Origin: Gemmatimonadota bacterium
GTDB taxonomy: Bacteria; Gemmatimonadota; Gemmatimonadetes; Palauibacterales; Palauibacteraceae
Reading direction: 5' to 3'
Length of the DNA: 64,000 bases
Assembly (NCBI GenBank): GCA_046758745.1
Contig: JBHIAV010000009.1
Location: 12,562-76,561, forward strand
A model generated the notes under the pieces. The model ran no database searches, was not told the DNA's origin, and worked only from the letters and a program-made list of their open reading frames with translations. Made by a program: the position numbers and the translations under genes. Below are positions 29,006 through 38,125 of the stretch, in pieces; the first letter of the stretch is position 1, and every line of letters starts with the position of its first letter.

Positions 29006-29884
29006 TCACGCCCTTGCCTGCCCCCTCCGGCGGAGAAAGAAGCGAACGAGCTCCGCGGGATCGAACGGGCAGTGGAGAAAAAGCGAATGGCTCCCGTAGC
29101 GGCGGCACTTCTCCAGCAGGAGGGCGCGCCGCGCCTCGAAGGTCCGCTGAAAGCGCGGGACCAGACCACGCCGGAGCCACCGACGCGTGCGAGCGCCGGT
29201 CTCCGGGTCGTACAGCTCCGTCCATCCCGTGCGGGGGAGCTCTCTCTGCTCGGCCGGGTCCCACAGGACCGCCAGGATCCCGTCGTGACGCTGCAGGTGG
29301 GCGAGCGCGCGCTCGACTGTCCCGCCGCCGAAGTGGAAATCGGAGACCAGGAGCACAAGGGATCTTCGGCGCGGCAGGAGCGCGCACGCACGGTCCAGCC
29401 CACCCACGCCTTTGGCGCTCGCCCGGTGGCGCCACAGCGCCTCCCCGATCTCCCACGGGTAGTCGGCAGAGCGCTTGGGTGGGAAATACAGCTCCACGTC
29501 ATCCCCGAACCCTGTCAGGGTGAACCGGTCTCCGAGCCGGTAGGCGGAGTGGCTCAGGCAGGCGGCCAGCTTGGCCGCTTCAGCGAGCTTGCGTCCCCGT
29601 CCCACGAAGCCCATCGAGGCGCTCAGGTCTACCAGGACGGCTACGTCGATCGCGACCTTGGCTTGGTACAGGCGAACGAGGGGAACGGGCGACATGGCGC
29701 GGCGTGTCGCCACCATGTCGATGTTTTTCGGGTCCATGCGGTGCAGTAGGGAGGCGAAGCCCGCCAGCTTACCGGCGGTTCCATGGAAAGCCCCGATGTG
29801 GTAGCCGGGAAGATACCCGGGAGCGACGGATTCGAGAGTGTAGTCCACGAGCCGGAGGGTGGCCGCGATCTCCCTCCGCTTCAT
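29006..29884 (-). CDS. DUF58 / VWA-like protein, MxaS-like
   Basis: PGYH, DPKNIDMVAT, VLVDLSASM, SAYRLGDRF, LVLLVSDFH, LWDPAE, DPETG; ATGA overlap with the moxR stop. Confidence 0.88.
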   Translation of the reverse strand: MKRREIAATLRLVDYTLESVAPGYLPGYHIGAFHGTAGKLAGFASLLHRMDPKNIDMVATRRAMSPVPLVRLYQAKVAIDVAVLVDLSASMGFVGRGRKLAEAAKLAACLSHSAYRLGDRFTLTGFGDDVELYFPPKRSADYPWEIGEALWRHRASAKGVGGLDRACALLPRRRSLVLLVSDFHFGGGTVERALAHLQRHDGILAVLWDPAEQRELPRTGWTELYDPETGARTRRWLRRGLVPRFQRTFEARRALLLEKCRRYGSHSLFLHCPFDPAELVRFFLRRRGQARA

Positions 29885-30909
29885 GGAGCGGGAACCTGCG
29901 CGAGGATGCGCTTGAGGAGCGCTTGCCTGAAATCCGGCCTCTGGATGAGGATCATGGGCTTCACGAAGAGACGGTGCTCGAAGACCTCGAAAAACACTTC
30001 GTGAATGTCCTCGGGCGTCACGTAGTCCCGGCCGTGATACGCGGCTGCGACCTGTGCGGCGGTCGCGAGGTGGGTCATGCCCCGAGTGGAGGCGCCCGCC
30101 ACGATGTGCTCGTTGAGATCCGCGAGCCCGTCCAGGCGGATTCCGAAATCCGAGGGCTTTCGCGTCGCCATTCCCAGACGGTGGATGTAGCTCACCGCCG
30201 CCTCGCTGACCCGGACACCGGAGCGGATTCGCTCCGCGTACCGATCCAGTTCGGCCAGCTCGACGACGGGCTCGATCGAAGCGACCGCCTCGTCCATGTG
30301 TCGGTATAGAGGATCGGCGATGATGCGCAGCTCCGCTTCCGGATCCGGGTATTCCACCCGTATGAGCATGAGGAACCGATCGAGCAGCGCCTCGGGGAGC
30401 GGGTACGTCTCGGCCGCCTCGAGCGGGTTCTTGGTCGCAATGCCGAGGAAGTGAGGGAGCGGGTATGTCCGAACCGCCGTGGTGACCTTGCGCTCCTGCA
30501 TGACCTCGAGAAACCCGGCCTGCGTGTTGGGAAGAAAACGGTTGATCTCGTCCAGCAGGACGATCCCGAGCTTCTCCCCGTGCCGCAGCAGCCGGCCGGC
30601 GTAATAGCGTAGCTCCCCCTCCTCATCCGGGAAGGCCGAGATGAGCGCCTCGGAGAAGAGGAAATCCGGCGACCCCTGAAAGCGCTCGCTCACGCCCCCG
30701 ATCGCCCGGGCGAAGCAATTGGCCATCAGGGTCTTCCCCTGTCCGGGAAAGCCCTGGTAGAGGATGTGGCCACGCGCGAACAGAGCGAAGGTGGTGAGCC
30801 TCACGGGCCGATCGGCCCCCAGGATGACGCCCTTTACGGCCTCCTCTACGGCGTTCATGCGAAGCCGGACCTCGGGCAACTCCGGCTCCACTCTTTCTTG
30901 TCGGCTCAC
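29881..30909 (-). CDS. moxR: MoxR family AAA+ ATPase (MxaR-like)
   Basis: RGHILYQGFPGQGKT (Walker A), VLLDEINR (Walker B), EVMQERKVT, NPLE..TYPLPEALLDRF, GASTRG. GTG 30909 after GGAGGG; TTG 30978 is an alternative start. Confidence 0.93.
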   Translation of the reverse strand: MSRQERVEPELPEVRLRMNAVEEAVKGVILGADRPVRLTTFALFARGHILYQGFPGQGKTLMANCFARAIGGVSERFQGSPDFLFSEALISAFPDEEGELRYYAGRLLRHGEKLGIVLLDEINRFLPNTQAGFLEVMQERKVTTAVRTYPLPHFLGIATKNPLEAAETYPLPEALLDRFLMLIRVEYPDPEAELRIIADPLYRHMDEAVASIEPVVELAELDRYAERIRSGVRVSEAAVSYIHRLGMATRKPSDFGIRLDGLADLNEHIVAGASTRGMTHLATAAQVAAAYHGRDYVTPEDIHEVFFEVFEHRLFVKPMILIQRPDFRQALLKRILAQVPAP

Positions 30910-30987
30910 GGCTCCCTCCGGCGGGCGGAGCTTCCGGCTCCCGGTCCCGATCGGACGCGTAGCGGATTGTAAGGCCAAGGGAGGAGA

Positions 30988-32889
30988 TTAGGGAGGGCGG
31001 TTCTCGAAGTACACCAGCCCTCCCCCGATCCCGCCGCTGAGCAGGTCGGCGTCTCCGTCTCCGTCGATGTCGGCGAAGATAGGCGTGGCGAGAGGGGGCA
31101 GGGGTACCGAAAGCGTGCTGTCGGGCACGAATGCGGCCCCCTCGCGCGTGCCGTCGTTGCGATAGTACGTCAGACCCGGGTCCTCCGAACCGAGCACGAG
31201 GTCCGGATCGCCATCGAGGTCCAGATCCACGAAGGACGGGAAGCTCCGCCGTCCGATGTCGATCTCACCGAACTCATCCGTCTCCATGGTGAAGGCGGAG
31301 CGCAGCGGGGTTCCCTCGTTTCGATAGAAGTTGAGCGTGCCCGAGGCCTCGCCGACGAAGAGGTCGAGGTCCCCGTCGGCGTCGATATCGACGAGAGCCG
31401 GCGTGCCGTTGCTCCCCCGGGTGAGCGTGACGAGCTGGGCATCCTCCAGAACGAATCGCGGCTCGACGGTGCTCCCCTCGTTGCGATAGAAGGCCACATC
31501 CGCCTTCCACGACCCGAGCAGGAGGTCAAGATCTCCATCGGCGTCGAGGTCGGCCAGCGCCGGTGAGTAGTGGTACAGGCCGCCGAGGTCGAGCGAGCCC
31601 GCAAGCCGGAAACGGGGTCGCTCCACCGTTCCTACATTGTCGAAACGGTAAACCCGGGAAGTGTGCGGGTCGTCGGGATCGATCTTGTTGGCAAGCAGCA
31701 GGTCGAGGTCCCCATCCCCATCGAGGTCGCCCACGGCCGGGATGCTCTCGCTCCCCACGTCCACTCCATTCAGGAAGCGCCGGGTCCGCAGGCCGAACTC
31801 CGCCTCCCCGTCGAGAAGATACAGATTGTCCGCCGCGGTGAGGATCGGGTTGTATGCCCCGCCGAGGACGCCGACGAGCAGGTCCACGGTCCCATTCCCG
31901 TCGACATCTCCGAAGGTCGGGGCGTTGTAACCGCTCGTTCGGAGGGGACGCGCCGGCGGAAAGGGGACGGGCTCGCCCCGCAGCACCGGGACCTCGCACG
32001 ATCCTGTGTTCTCGATGAACAGGAGGCCGGGCTCGAAGAAGTCGCCCCAGAAGAGGTCCTCGTCGCCATCGTGGTCGATGTCGACCAGCTCCATCGTGTT
32101 CGCTCCGTGCCGGCTCCCGATTCGCGCGACGATCTCGATGTCCTGGAATCGATCGGTCACCAGACGGAAGCGCGGCACCCCATGTGCCCCCTCCTCCTCC
32201 GCCTCGTATCGGGTGACCGTGCCTACCAGGCGGCCGAGCAGGAGGTCCGGCCGGCCGTCGCAGTCGACATCCGCCACGTTCGGAATGTTCTGGCGATCCG
32301 AAAAGATCGGCACACCCTCCACGTCACGGAGGGTATCGGCCGCGAGGACGAAGAAGGGGCTCTGCGGCCCGCCGTCGTTTCGGTAGTAGCGGATGTGGCT
32401 GAACCGCTCTTCGGCGAGGAGGTCGAAGTCTCCGTCGTCGTCCATGTCAACAAAGCGGTACCACTCTCCCACATCGAGCCCCAGGTACCGATCCGTCCGC
32501 CACAGGAAGCGGCCCTCTCCCGGGGGGCCGACCTGCTCGAAGAACATGAGCTGACCGGAGAGCTCCTGTACGAAGAGATCCAGGTCCCCGTCGCCGTCGA
32601 TATCGAGGAGCTGCGGTCGCGGAACGTTCAGTCCTCCGAGGAGCGGGTGCTCGTACCGGATCCCATCGGTGTCGCTGATCTCGAACGCGCCGACCGCGCG
32701 CACGAAGCGCACACCGGACCCGGGGTGCGCCGCCTGTGGCCAGGAGTCCGGCGCGGGATGCGAGGTGCAAGCGGCCAGAAGGGAAGCGCACGCCAGGCAG
32801 GCCGCCGTGGGAAAACCGAGCTGTCCGAGGCGGCTTCGCGCGTCCGTCCCATCGATGGCCGACCGAGCGGACGCGAGCGCTGGAGGCAC
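30988..32889 (-). CDS. FG-GAP/VCBS repeat lipoprotein (Ca-binding beta-propeller)
   Basis: About ten DxDxDGDxDL motifs (DIDGDGDLDL, DMDDDGDFDL, DLDGDGDLDL...) and lipobox-like LLAAC. Start uncertain. Confidence 0.9.
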   Translation of the reverse strand: MPPALASARSAIDGTDARSRLGQLGFPTAACLACASLLAACTSHPAPDSWPQAAHPGSGVRFVRAVGAFEISDTDGIRYEHPLLGGLNVPRPQLLDIDGDGDLDLFVQELSGQLMFFEQVGPPGEGRFLWRTDRYLGLDVGEWYRFVDMDDDGDFDLLAEERFSHIRYYRNDGGPQSPFFVLAADTLRDVEGVPIFSDRQNIPNVADVDCDGRPDLLLGRLVGTVTRYEAEEEGAHGVPRFRLVTDRFQDIEIVARIGSRHGANTMELVDIDHDGDEDLFWGDFFEPGLLFIENTGSCEVPVLRGEPVPFPPARPLRTSGYNAPTFGDVDGNGTVDLLVGVLGGAYNPILTAADNLYLLDGEAEFGLRTRRFLNGVDVGSESIPAVGDLDGDGDLDLLLANKIDPDDPHTSRVYRFDNVGTVERPRFRLAGSLDLGGLYHYSPALADLDADGDLDLLLGSWKADVAFYRNEGSTVEPRFVLEDAQLVTLTRGSNGTPALVDIDADGDLDLFVGEASGTLNFYRNEGTPLRSAFTMETDEFGEIDIGRRSFPSFVDLDLDGDPDLVLGSEDPGLTYYRNDGTREGAAFVPDSTLSVPLPPLATPIFADIDGDGDADLLSGGIGGGLVYFENRPP

Positions 32890-32976
32890 GGCGGGGGTCA
32901 GGGAGGGGGCGGGGTGGCCAGCCCCGTCGGATTCGGCTGTCGGTCGATCACCAGCGCACGATTCAGGGGGCGCCGG

Positions 32977-35406
32977 CTACGGCACCAGCTCGGGGCGCTT
33001 CTTCACGATGAACACGCCTTCGGAGCCGCTCGTAACGACGAGCGTACCGCTCTCGAAGAAGGGATAGTTGCTCCAGGACCCACCCATCCCCGGTGTGTTC
33101 TCCCCGTACGGGACCGTGTCGAAGAACGCGATCTCTACAGGATGCTCCACATCCCGAATGTCGACCACGCGGAGACCGGCCCGGTAGTTCGACTGATACA
33201 TGTAGTGCCCGCGGATGTACAGGTTGTGGTCCGTCGCCTTCGTCTCCCCGAAGTATTCCTTGAGGAGGACCGGGTCGTCGAGGTCCGTCACGTCCCAGAT
33301 CAACGTCCGGGTCCGCGACAAGTCGCCCGAAAGCTCATCCAGCTCGTCGTCCATGAAAAAGTACCGGTGGTCCTCGGTGAGCCAGCCCTGGTGAGCGTAG
33401 CCCACGTTCGGGTACTCCGCTCGGGAGACGGCGACCGGGTGCTCCTTCTCCGTCACATCGGAGATACTCAGTGCCGTTTCGTTGGCACCGAAGCAGATTT
33501 CCCTTCCCCGATGCTCCGCGTCAGGACCGTGGTACACGACGCACTGGGCGTCGTGTGTGTACCCGGTCTTCCGCCGGCCGGTCGATGAGTCGGCGAAGCA
33601 GCCCGCGAAGGTCGGCTTCTCGGGGTCCCGGATGTCGATCATGTGCAGGCCGCCCCCACACGTCTCTCCGCCGCTGCTGGTCCCCACCGCGAAGGCGAAT
33701 CCCGTCTCTTCGTTGATCACGATGTTGTGGGCGCTGTGGATCCCGTCATAGTGTGCCGTCTCCTCAAAGGTGACCGGCGGGTTCGAGACGGAGCGGAGCC
33801 GGGTCAGATCGAATACCTGCATGCCGTGCTCACCCGCCCCGTCCGAGACGATGAAGGCGTGGTTCTCGTACACCTTGATGTCCCGCCACACGCTTCCCGG
33901 CGATCCTTCCGTCTTTGGCAAGTCACCGAGATACACGGGGTTGTACGGATCGCTGATATCGATGAACGAGGTGCCGTCGACACGTCCGACGAGGGCGTAC
34001 TCCCTGCCGGTCTGCGGATCGGTCCAACCCCACACATCGTTCACTCGAGCGCCGCGTCCCCCCCCGATCGCCGAGACCGGCAGGAAGGAGAGGAGATCGA
34101 GCTCGCTGCAGTCGAAGAGCGAGGCTGAACCGCCGGTGCACTCCACCTCTCCGCCGATGATCGGGTCGAGGCTCTCGGCCTCACTGAGCACGGTAGCGCT
34201 CTCCTTCCACACCCCACCGCTGCCGCTCCGCTCGAAGATGACCGCCGCGCCGGCCCCGTAGTCATCTCCGAGCACGCCGGCCACGCCGACGCCGCCCCGG
34301 GCCGCCAGGGACCCGGCGAAGAAATCTCCTCTTTCAAGTCCATCGTGCGCCAGCTTGGCTGCCGCGGCCCAGCCGCCGGTGGCCGCGTCGCGGCGGATGC
34401 GGTAGACGGTGCCGGCGAAGCGCGATGCGCCGGGCGCGCCGACGAACACATCCGCTCCCGCGAAGGCAAGCGTGCTGCCGAATCGGCTCTGGCGCTCTCC
34501 GTCGAACGGAACCAGGCGGGACCGCTCCGTCCACTCTCCGGTGTCGCGGTCGTACCGGAACTCGAACACGGCGCCCCTGTAGCCATCGTGTCCCGGTGCG
34601 CCGATGAAGGCGACGTCTTCGGCCAGCATGAGCGAAGACCCGAAGCCGCCCTCCTTCTCGATCCCTGTCCCCCGCAGCTTGGCTTCCTCTGTCCAGCCGC
34701 CGGTGGCGGCATCGTGGCGGAAGACATACGCGCTGCCGGCCGCACTGTCCTGCCGGGAAGCACCGATGATCGCTACATCGCCATGCAGGGACACGGCCGC
34801 GCCGAAGCGATCTCCGGGCTCGAGGTCGGCCGGCACCACCCGCGCCTGTCGTGACCAGTCTCCCGACGTCGGGTCATGCCGGTACACGTACGCCGCGCCG
34901 GTACTGTCGTCCTCCGCGAACGAGCCGATGAGGGCGACATCCCCGATCAGGGCGAGAGCCGTGCCGAAGGAGCCCCGACCCTTACCCTCGTCCGGGACGA
35001 TGCGGACCTCCGGTACCCACTTTCCCACGGCGACCCGGCGAAAAACGTGCACCACGCCGGCGGCGTGGCCCTCGGCTCCCGAACCGACCAGGAGAGTGTT
35101 GCCGTCCACGGCGAGAGAGCGACCGAAGCCGTCACCCGTGGCCGCCTCAGGGGCTACGAGACGCGCGGCTTCCTTCCAGGCACCGGTCGGGGCGTCGCGG
35201 CGGTACAGGTAAACGATGCCGGAACGGAAGTGGTTCTCCGGTTCACCGACGAAGATCTCGCCGTCTCCCACCGCGACGGCGCGGCCGAAGCCGGTGAAGG
35301 TGCTGACCTCGTGGCCGGGGTCCGATCGGAAGGACTGGGCCTTCACGGGCGTCGCCGCGCCCGCAATCACCAGAAGAGCCAGCAGTTGGCAGCCAGACAG
35401 CTTCAA
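32977..35406 (-). CDS. Choice-of-anchor B family protein with N-terminal FG-GAP repeats
   Basis: Signal peptide; FG...GAP repeats; NDVWGWTDPQTGREYALVG, WRDIKVY, HGMQVFDL, AHNIVINEETG, YTHDAQCV, YAHQGW, DDELDE, DHNLY, WSNYPFFESG. TTG start after GAGGTG. Confidence 0.92.
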   Translation of the reverse strand: MKLSGCQLLALLVIAGAATPVKAQSFRSDPGHEVSTFTGFGRAVAVGDGEIFVGEPENHFRSGIVYLYRRDAPTGAWKEAARLVAPEAATGDGFGRSLAVDGNTLLVGSGAEGHAAGVVHVFRRVAVGKWVPEVRIVPDEGKGRGSFGTALALIGDVALIGSFAEDDSTGAAYVYRHDPTSGDWSRQARVVPADLEPGDRFGAAVSLHGDVAIIGASRQDSAAGSAYVFRHDAATGGWTEEAKLRGTGIEKEGGFGSSLMLAEDVAFIGAPGHDGYRGAVFEFRYDRDTGEWTERSRLVPFDGERQSRFGSTLAFAGADVFVGAPGASRFAGTVYRIRRDAATGGWAAAAKLAHDGLERGDFFAGSLAARGGVGVAGVLGDDYGAGAAVIFERSGSGGVWKESATVLSEAESLDPIIGGEVECTGGSASLFDCSELDLLSFLPVSAIGGGRGARVNDVWGWTDPQTGREYALVGRVDGTSFIDISDPYNPVYLGDLPKTEGSPGSVWRDIKVYENHAFIVSDGAGEHGMQVFDLTRLRSVSNPPVTFEETAHYDGIHSAHNIVINEETGFAFAVGTSSGGETCGGGLHMIDIRDPEKPTFAGCFADSSTGRRKTGYTHDAQCVVYHGPDAEHRGREICFGANETALSISDVTEKEHPVAVSRAEYPNVGYAHQGWLTEDHRYFFMDDELDELSGDLSRTRTLIWDVTDLDDPVLLKEYFGETKATDHNLYIRGHYMYQSNYRAGLRVVDIRDVEHPVEIAFFDTVPYGENTPGMGGSWSNYPFFESGTLVVTSGSEGVFIVKKRPELVP

Positions 35407-35701
35407 GGATCACCTCGCTGAAAAAGAGCCGCACGCATGCCCTTGTGGAGAGGCTCTCGGTCCCGCCGGCAGGCTTCTCCTCCTTGGATGTCCGGCGGGC
35501 GCGCTCCTGTTCCCGGAGCCCTGCGGGTAGCTCCGGTCGGGAGGCGACGCGAGCGCCTCCCGATCGCGCCTTAGACACTTTCGCACCCCATCCCGTTTAC
35601 CGACCCGGCAAAAACTCTAAGCTCGAGGAGGCTCGAACGGGAGAGGATGCGGCCTCAGCCAGCCGGCCCGAGTGCTCGAAATCATCTCATGTGTGTAGAT
35701 G

Positions 35702-35726
35702 TAATCCCATATATTGTACTTAATTA
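35702..35726. promoter_or_regulatory. TAA-N19-TTA site in an AT-rich patch upstream of the choice-of-anchor B/FG-GAP/mxa-like run
   Basis: TAATCCCATATATTGTACTTAATTA; contains TACAAT (-10-like) on the minus strand. Confidence 0.5.
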
Positions 35727-35746
35727 TGAGAATCAGAACCGGTGCA

Positions 35747-36265
35747 TTACGACGACGGCGTCTGCCTCCGGTAGACCCGGACCTGCGGCTCCTCCGAGGG
35801 TCGGGAGGTTACGATCACGAGATCCGGGCCGCTACGCACCCCCACGACGAGCCTGTCCGGCTCCGGAGGATCGTCCTCTACGAAGGAGATCTGGATTCCC
35901 TCGACGCTGTAGCTGCCCTCCTCGGTCTCCGTCCAAGGCCGAATCGTGGAGGACTCTCCCGTCTTCTCATCCACGCAGTCTCCGCCTCGCGTCTCCATCC
36001 GAGCATACCGGCCGTCGGCGCTGAGTTGCAGGGAGCCGGAAAGAACCTTCTCCTCGCACGTCAGGTTCTCGAGGGTCGTCTTTCGCAGCAGCGCAGGCAG
36101 GCTCTGGCCGTTCAGGGAAGACAGCCGGTGGATTCCGAGGAGCTCCGGCGGCCGGGGTGGCTGCGAAGCGGCGGTCGGAGACTCGCCCGAACCACAGGCG
36201 GCCAGCGGAAGAAGAAGCAGCAACCGAGTGACCGGCGTCGGGGACACTATCCGCAACCGCGGCAC
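35747..36265 (-). CDS. Hypothetical lipoprotein (possible lipocalin-like barrel)
   Basis: LLLLLPLAAC lipobox; RLSSLNGQSLP, SGSLQLSADGRY, EEGSYSV. Confidence 0.75.
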   Translation of the reverse strand: MPRLRIVSPTPVTRLLLLLPLAACGSGESPTAASQPPRPPELLGIHRLSSLNGQSLPALLRKTTLENLTCEEKVLSGSLQLSADGRYARMETRGGDCVDEKTGESSTIRPWTETEEGSYSVEGIQISFVEDDPPEPDRLVVGVRSGPDLVIVTSRPSEEPQVRVYRRQTPSS

Positions 36266-36324
36266 GACCGACTCTAAGGCCCGACCACAACGACTATGGT
36301 GGAGTCAACCTGAGGGCTCTCGAC

Positions 36325-36534
36325 TCAGTTCTCCAGCGTGAAGCCGAGCTTCGTCGTCACCTGCCAGTGCGCGATCGCACCATTATCTATGTGGCCGCGG
36401 ATCTCCGTCACCTCGAACCACCGCAGGTTGTGGAGAGTCTTCGCGGCCCGCAAGACGGCGTTGGTGATGGCGTCTTCGATCGAGGATGAGGAAGAGCCCG
36501 TGAGCTCGATAGACTTGTAGACGTGATCCGTCAT
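36325..36534 (-). CDS. Dodecin (flavin-binding)
   Basis: [23 protein letters not shown]...[18 protein letters not shown]...[21 protein letters not shown]. Confidence 0.96.
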   Translation of the reverse strand: MTDHVYKSIELTGSSSSSIEDAITNAVLRAAKTLHNLRWFEVTEIRGHIDNGAIAHWQVTTKLGFTLEN

Positions 36535-36865
36535 AGGGGCCTCCCGGATCGGGTGTCGTCGTGCCTGGCTGATTGTAGCCTGGGCCAGGGTCCGAGCCCA
36601 GACCCCACCCCCCGGCACCCACTCACGACACCGCTATGCGTCGTGGGCCTGGCCAGGCGCTCCGATCAGAAGTTGGTAGCGGGCCGCGTGACTGCTCCGT
36701 GCGCTGCGCTGTAGCATCCGGAAAGAGCAGTGGATGCAGCTTCGACGCGATCGCCGGCGCCCGACCCCGCACACCCGACGCGTCGCCTGACAGCTCTAGC
36801 CGACGAGGAGTGATCCCCCTCGCGCCGCCGGTCGCTCTACGCCTGCACGGAGCCTATGATCGGCC

Positions 36866-37369
36866 TCAGGAAACACCTGGGAGCGAATTGTCGCTGTTCC
36901 ACATGTTGCGCGCCGCCTTCCAGGATCCGTCGGGCTGACGCTGAAAAATCGCCACCCACTTGCCGGAGTCGGTGAGCGGCTGGCCAGCTCCCGGAGTGAC
37001 GGTCAGGCCATACGTGCCCCAGCCGTACGCCAGATCGCCCGCTACCTGAATCTCGTCCGTCCACAGGTCGGCCTCGAGGACCCCTTGCTCGAAGAAGGCC
37101 TGAAGCCAACTGCGGATCGCCTCCGCGCCGATCAAGGCCGGCTCGTTCGGCGGCATGGCCACCGGGTCGCCGGCGTAGAGCGAGAGCAGACCCTCCACAT
37201 CCCGATCGTCGAGAGCGCCGTCCCATCGCTCGAGCAGAGCGCTTATCGCTTCGACATCCGCTTCGGAAGCGGCCACTCCGGCTCGTTCTCCGCGGTCCGC
37301 GCTCGGTGCGCAGGCGGTAGACAGGAGAATGAATACGAGCACGGAGGCCACGTGTCCCCTATCTCTCAT
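36866..37369 (-). CDS. NTF2-like / DUF4440 (YybH-type) lipoprotein
   Basis: LSTAC lipobox; MPPNEPALIGAEAIR, GDLAY, DSGKWVAIFQRQPDGSWK...MWNSD. Confidence 0.88.
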   Translation of the reverse strand: MRDRGHVASVLVFILLSTACAPSADRGERAGVAASEADVEAISALLERWDGALDDRDVEGLLSLYAGDPVAMPPNEPALIGAEAIRSWLQAFFEQGVLEADLWTDEIQVAGDLAYGWGTYGLTVTPGAGQPLTDSGKWVAIFQRQPDGSWKAARNMWNSDNSLPGVS

Positions 37370-37572
37370 CGGACCAACCTCCTTCAAGATCGAGTTGAGA
37401 AGAGCGGAGGGCTCCAGGTCCTCCGCAAACCGCACCGGTACTCATGGGGAAGGCGTGCTGTGTCGCTTGCCGTCGGATATGAGGTGACTGAGGTGATATC
37501 CAAGCTAACTGATCCGCCCCGGGATGGATAGCCGGGCCCCGGTCTCCGGCCACGGCCGGGCCTCGTCGAGCC

Positions 37573-37677
37573 CTATCGACGCTTCTTTCGCTTTCGGCGC
37601 TTGCTCATCTCCTTCCGCTTCCGTCGGCCGATCTTCCGTCGGCCCGATTTCTTCAGCTTGGGTCTCTTCCGCGCCAT
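37573..37677 (-). CDS. 34-aa Arg/Lys-rich microprotein
   Basis: Manual translation MARKRPKLKKSGRRKIGRRKRKEMSKRRKRKKRR*; purine-rich GAGAGTGAAGG upstream; below the ORF-track length cutoff. Confidence 0.7.
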   Translation of the reverse strand: MARKRPKLKKSGRRKIGRRKRKEMSKRRKRKKRR

Positions 37678-38125
37678 GCCTTCACTCTCTGACGGGCTGA
37701 ATCCGATTGGCCGCTTCCGGCTGCGTTCGTTCCCAGGCCTGTCCCATTGTCTCGGAGGGCGAGGAATAACTGCACCGCGGTGCGGTTCGCAACCGGAGTG
37801 CTACCCTGCTCTTTCCCAATGGTCCGTGAAGAGACCCGACACGGCCGCCGTGAGCCGGTAACCCTCGACCACCACCGCCGGAGACCCGAACCTCCTGGTA
37901 TCCAGCCGGAGCCAGCCGGCCGAGGCTACCGCGCTGGCGGTCCCTCCAGGTATCTTCCGCAAGCCAAGGCCGCTGGCAACCCGGGGTGGTCTGCCTTCAC
38001 GGAGCTCGGCCAGACGGGCATTGCGGCTGTCGCGTGGACCGGGCCCACCCGGCTTCCGTATGTGACGTGTGTGACGTGCCGGTGGAGGACGGTGGCCTTC
38101 CCAATCTCTCATCTCGAGGCCGGCC

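Noticed and set aside
32977-35406. T9SS cargo implied by the choice-of-anchor B domain
   Set aside because: The protein ends right after the domain, with no C-terminal sorting domain.
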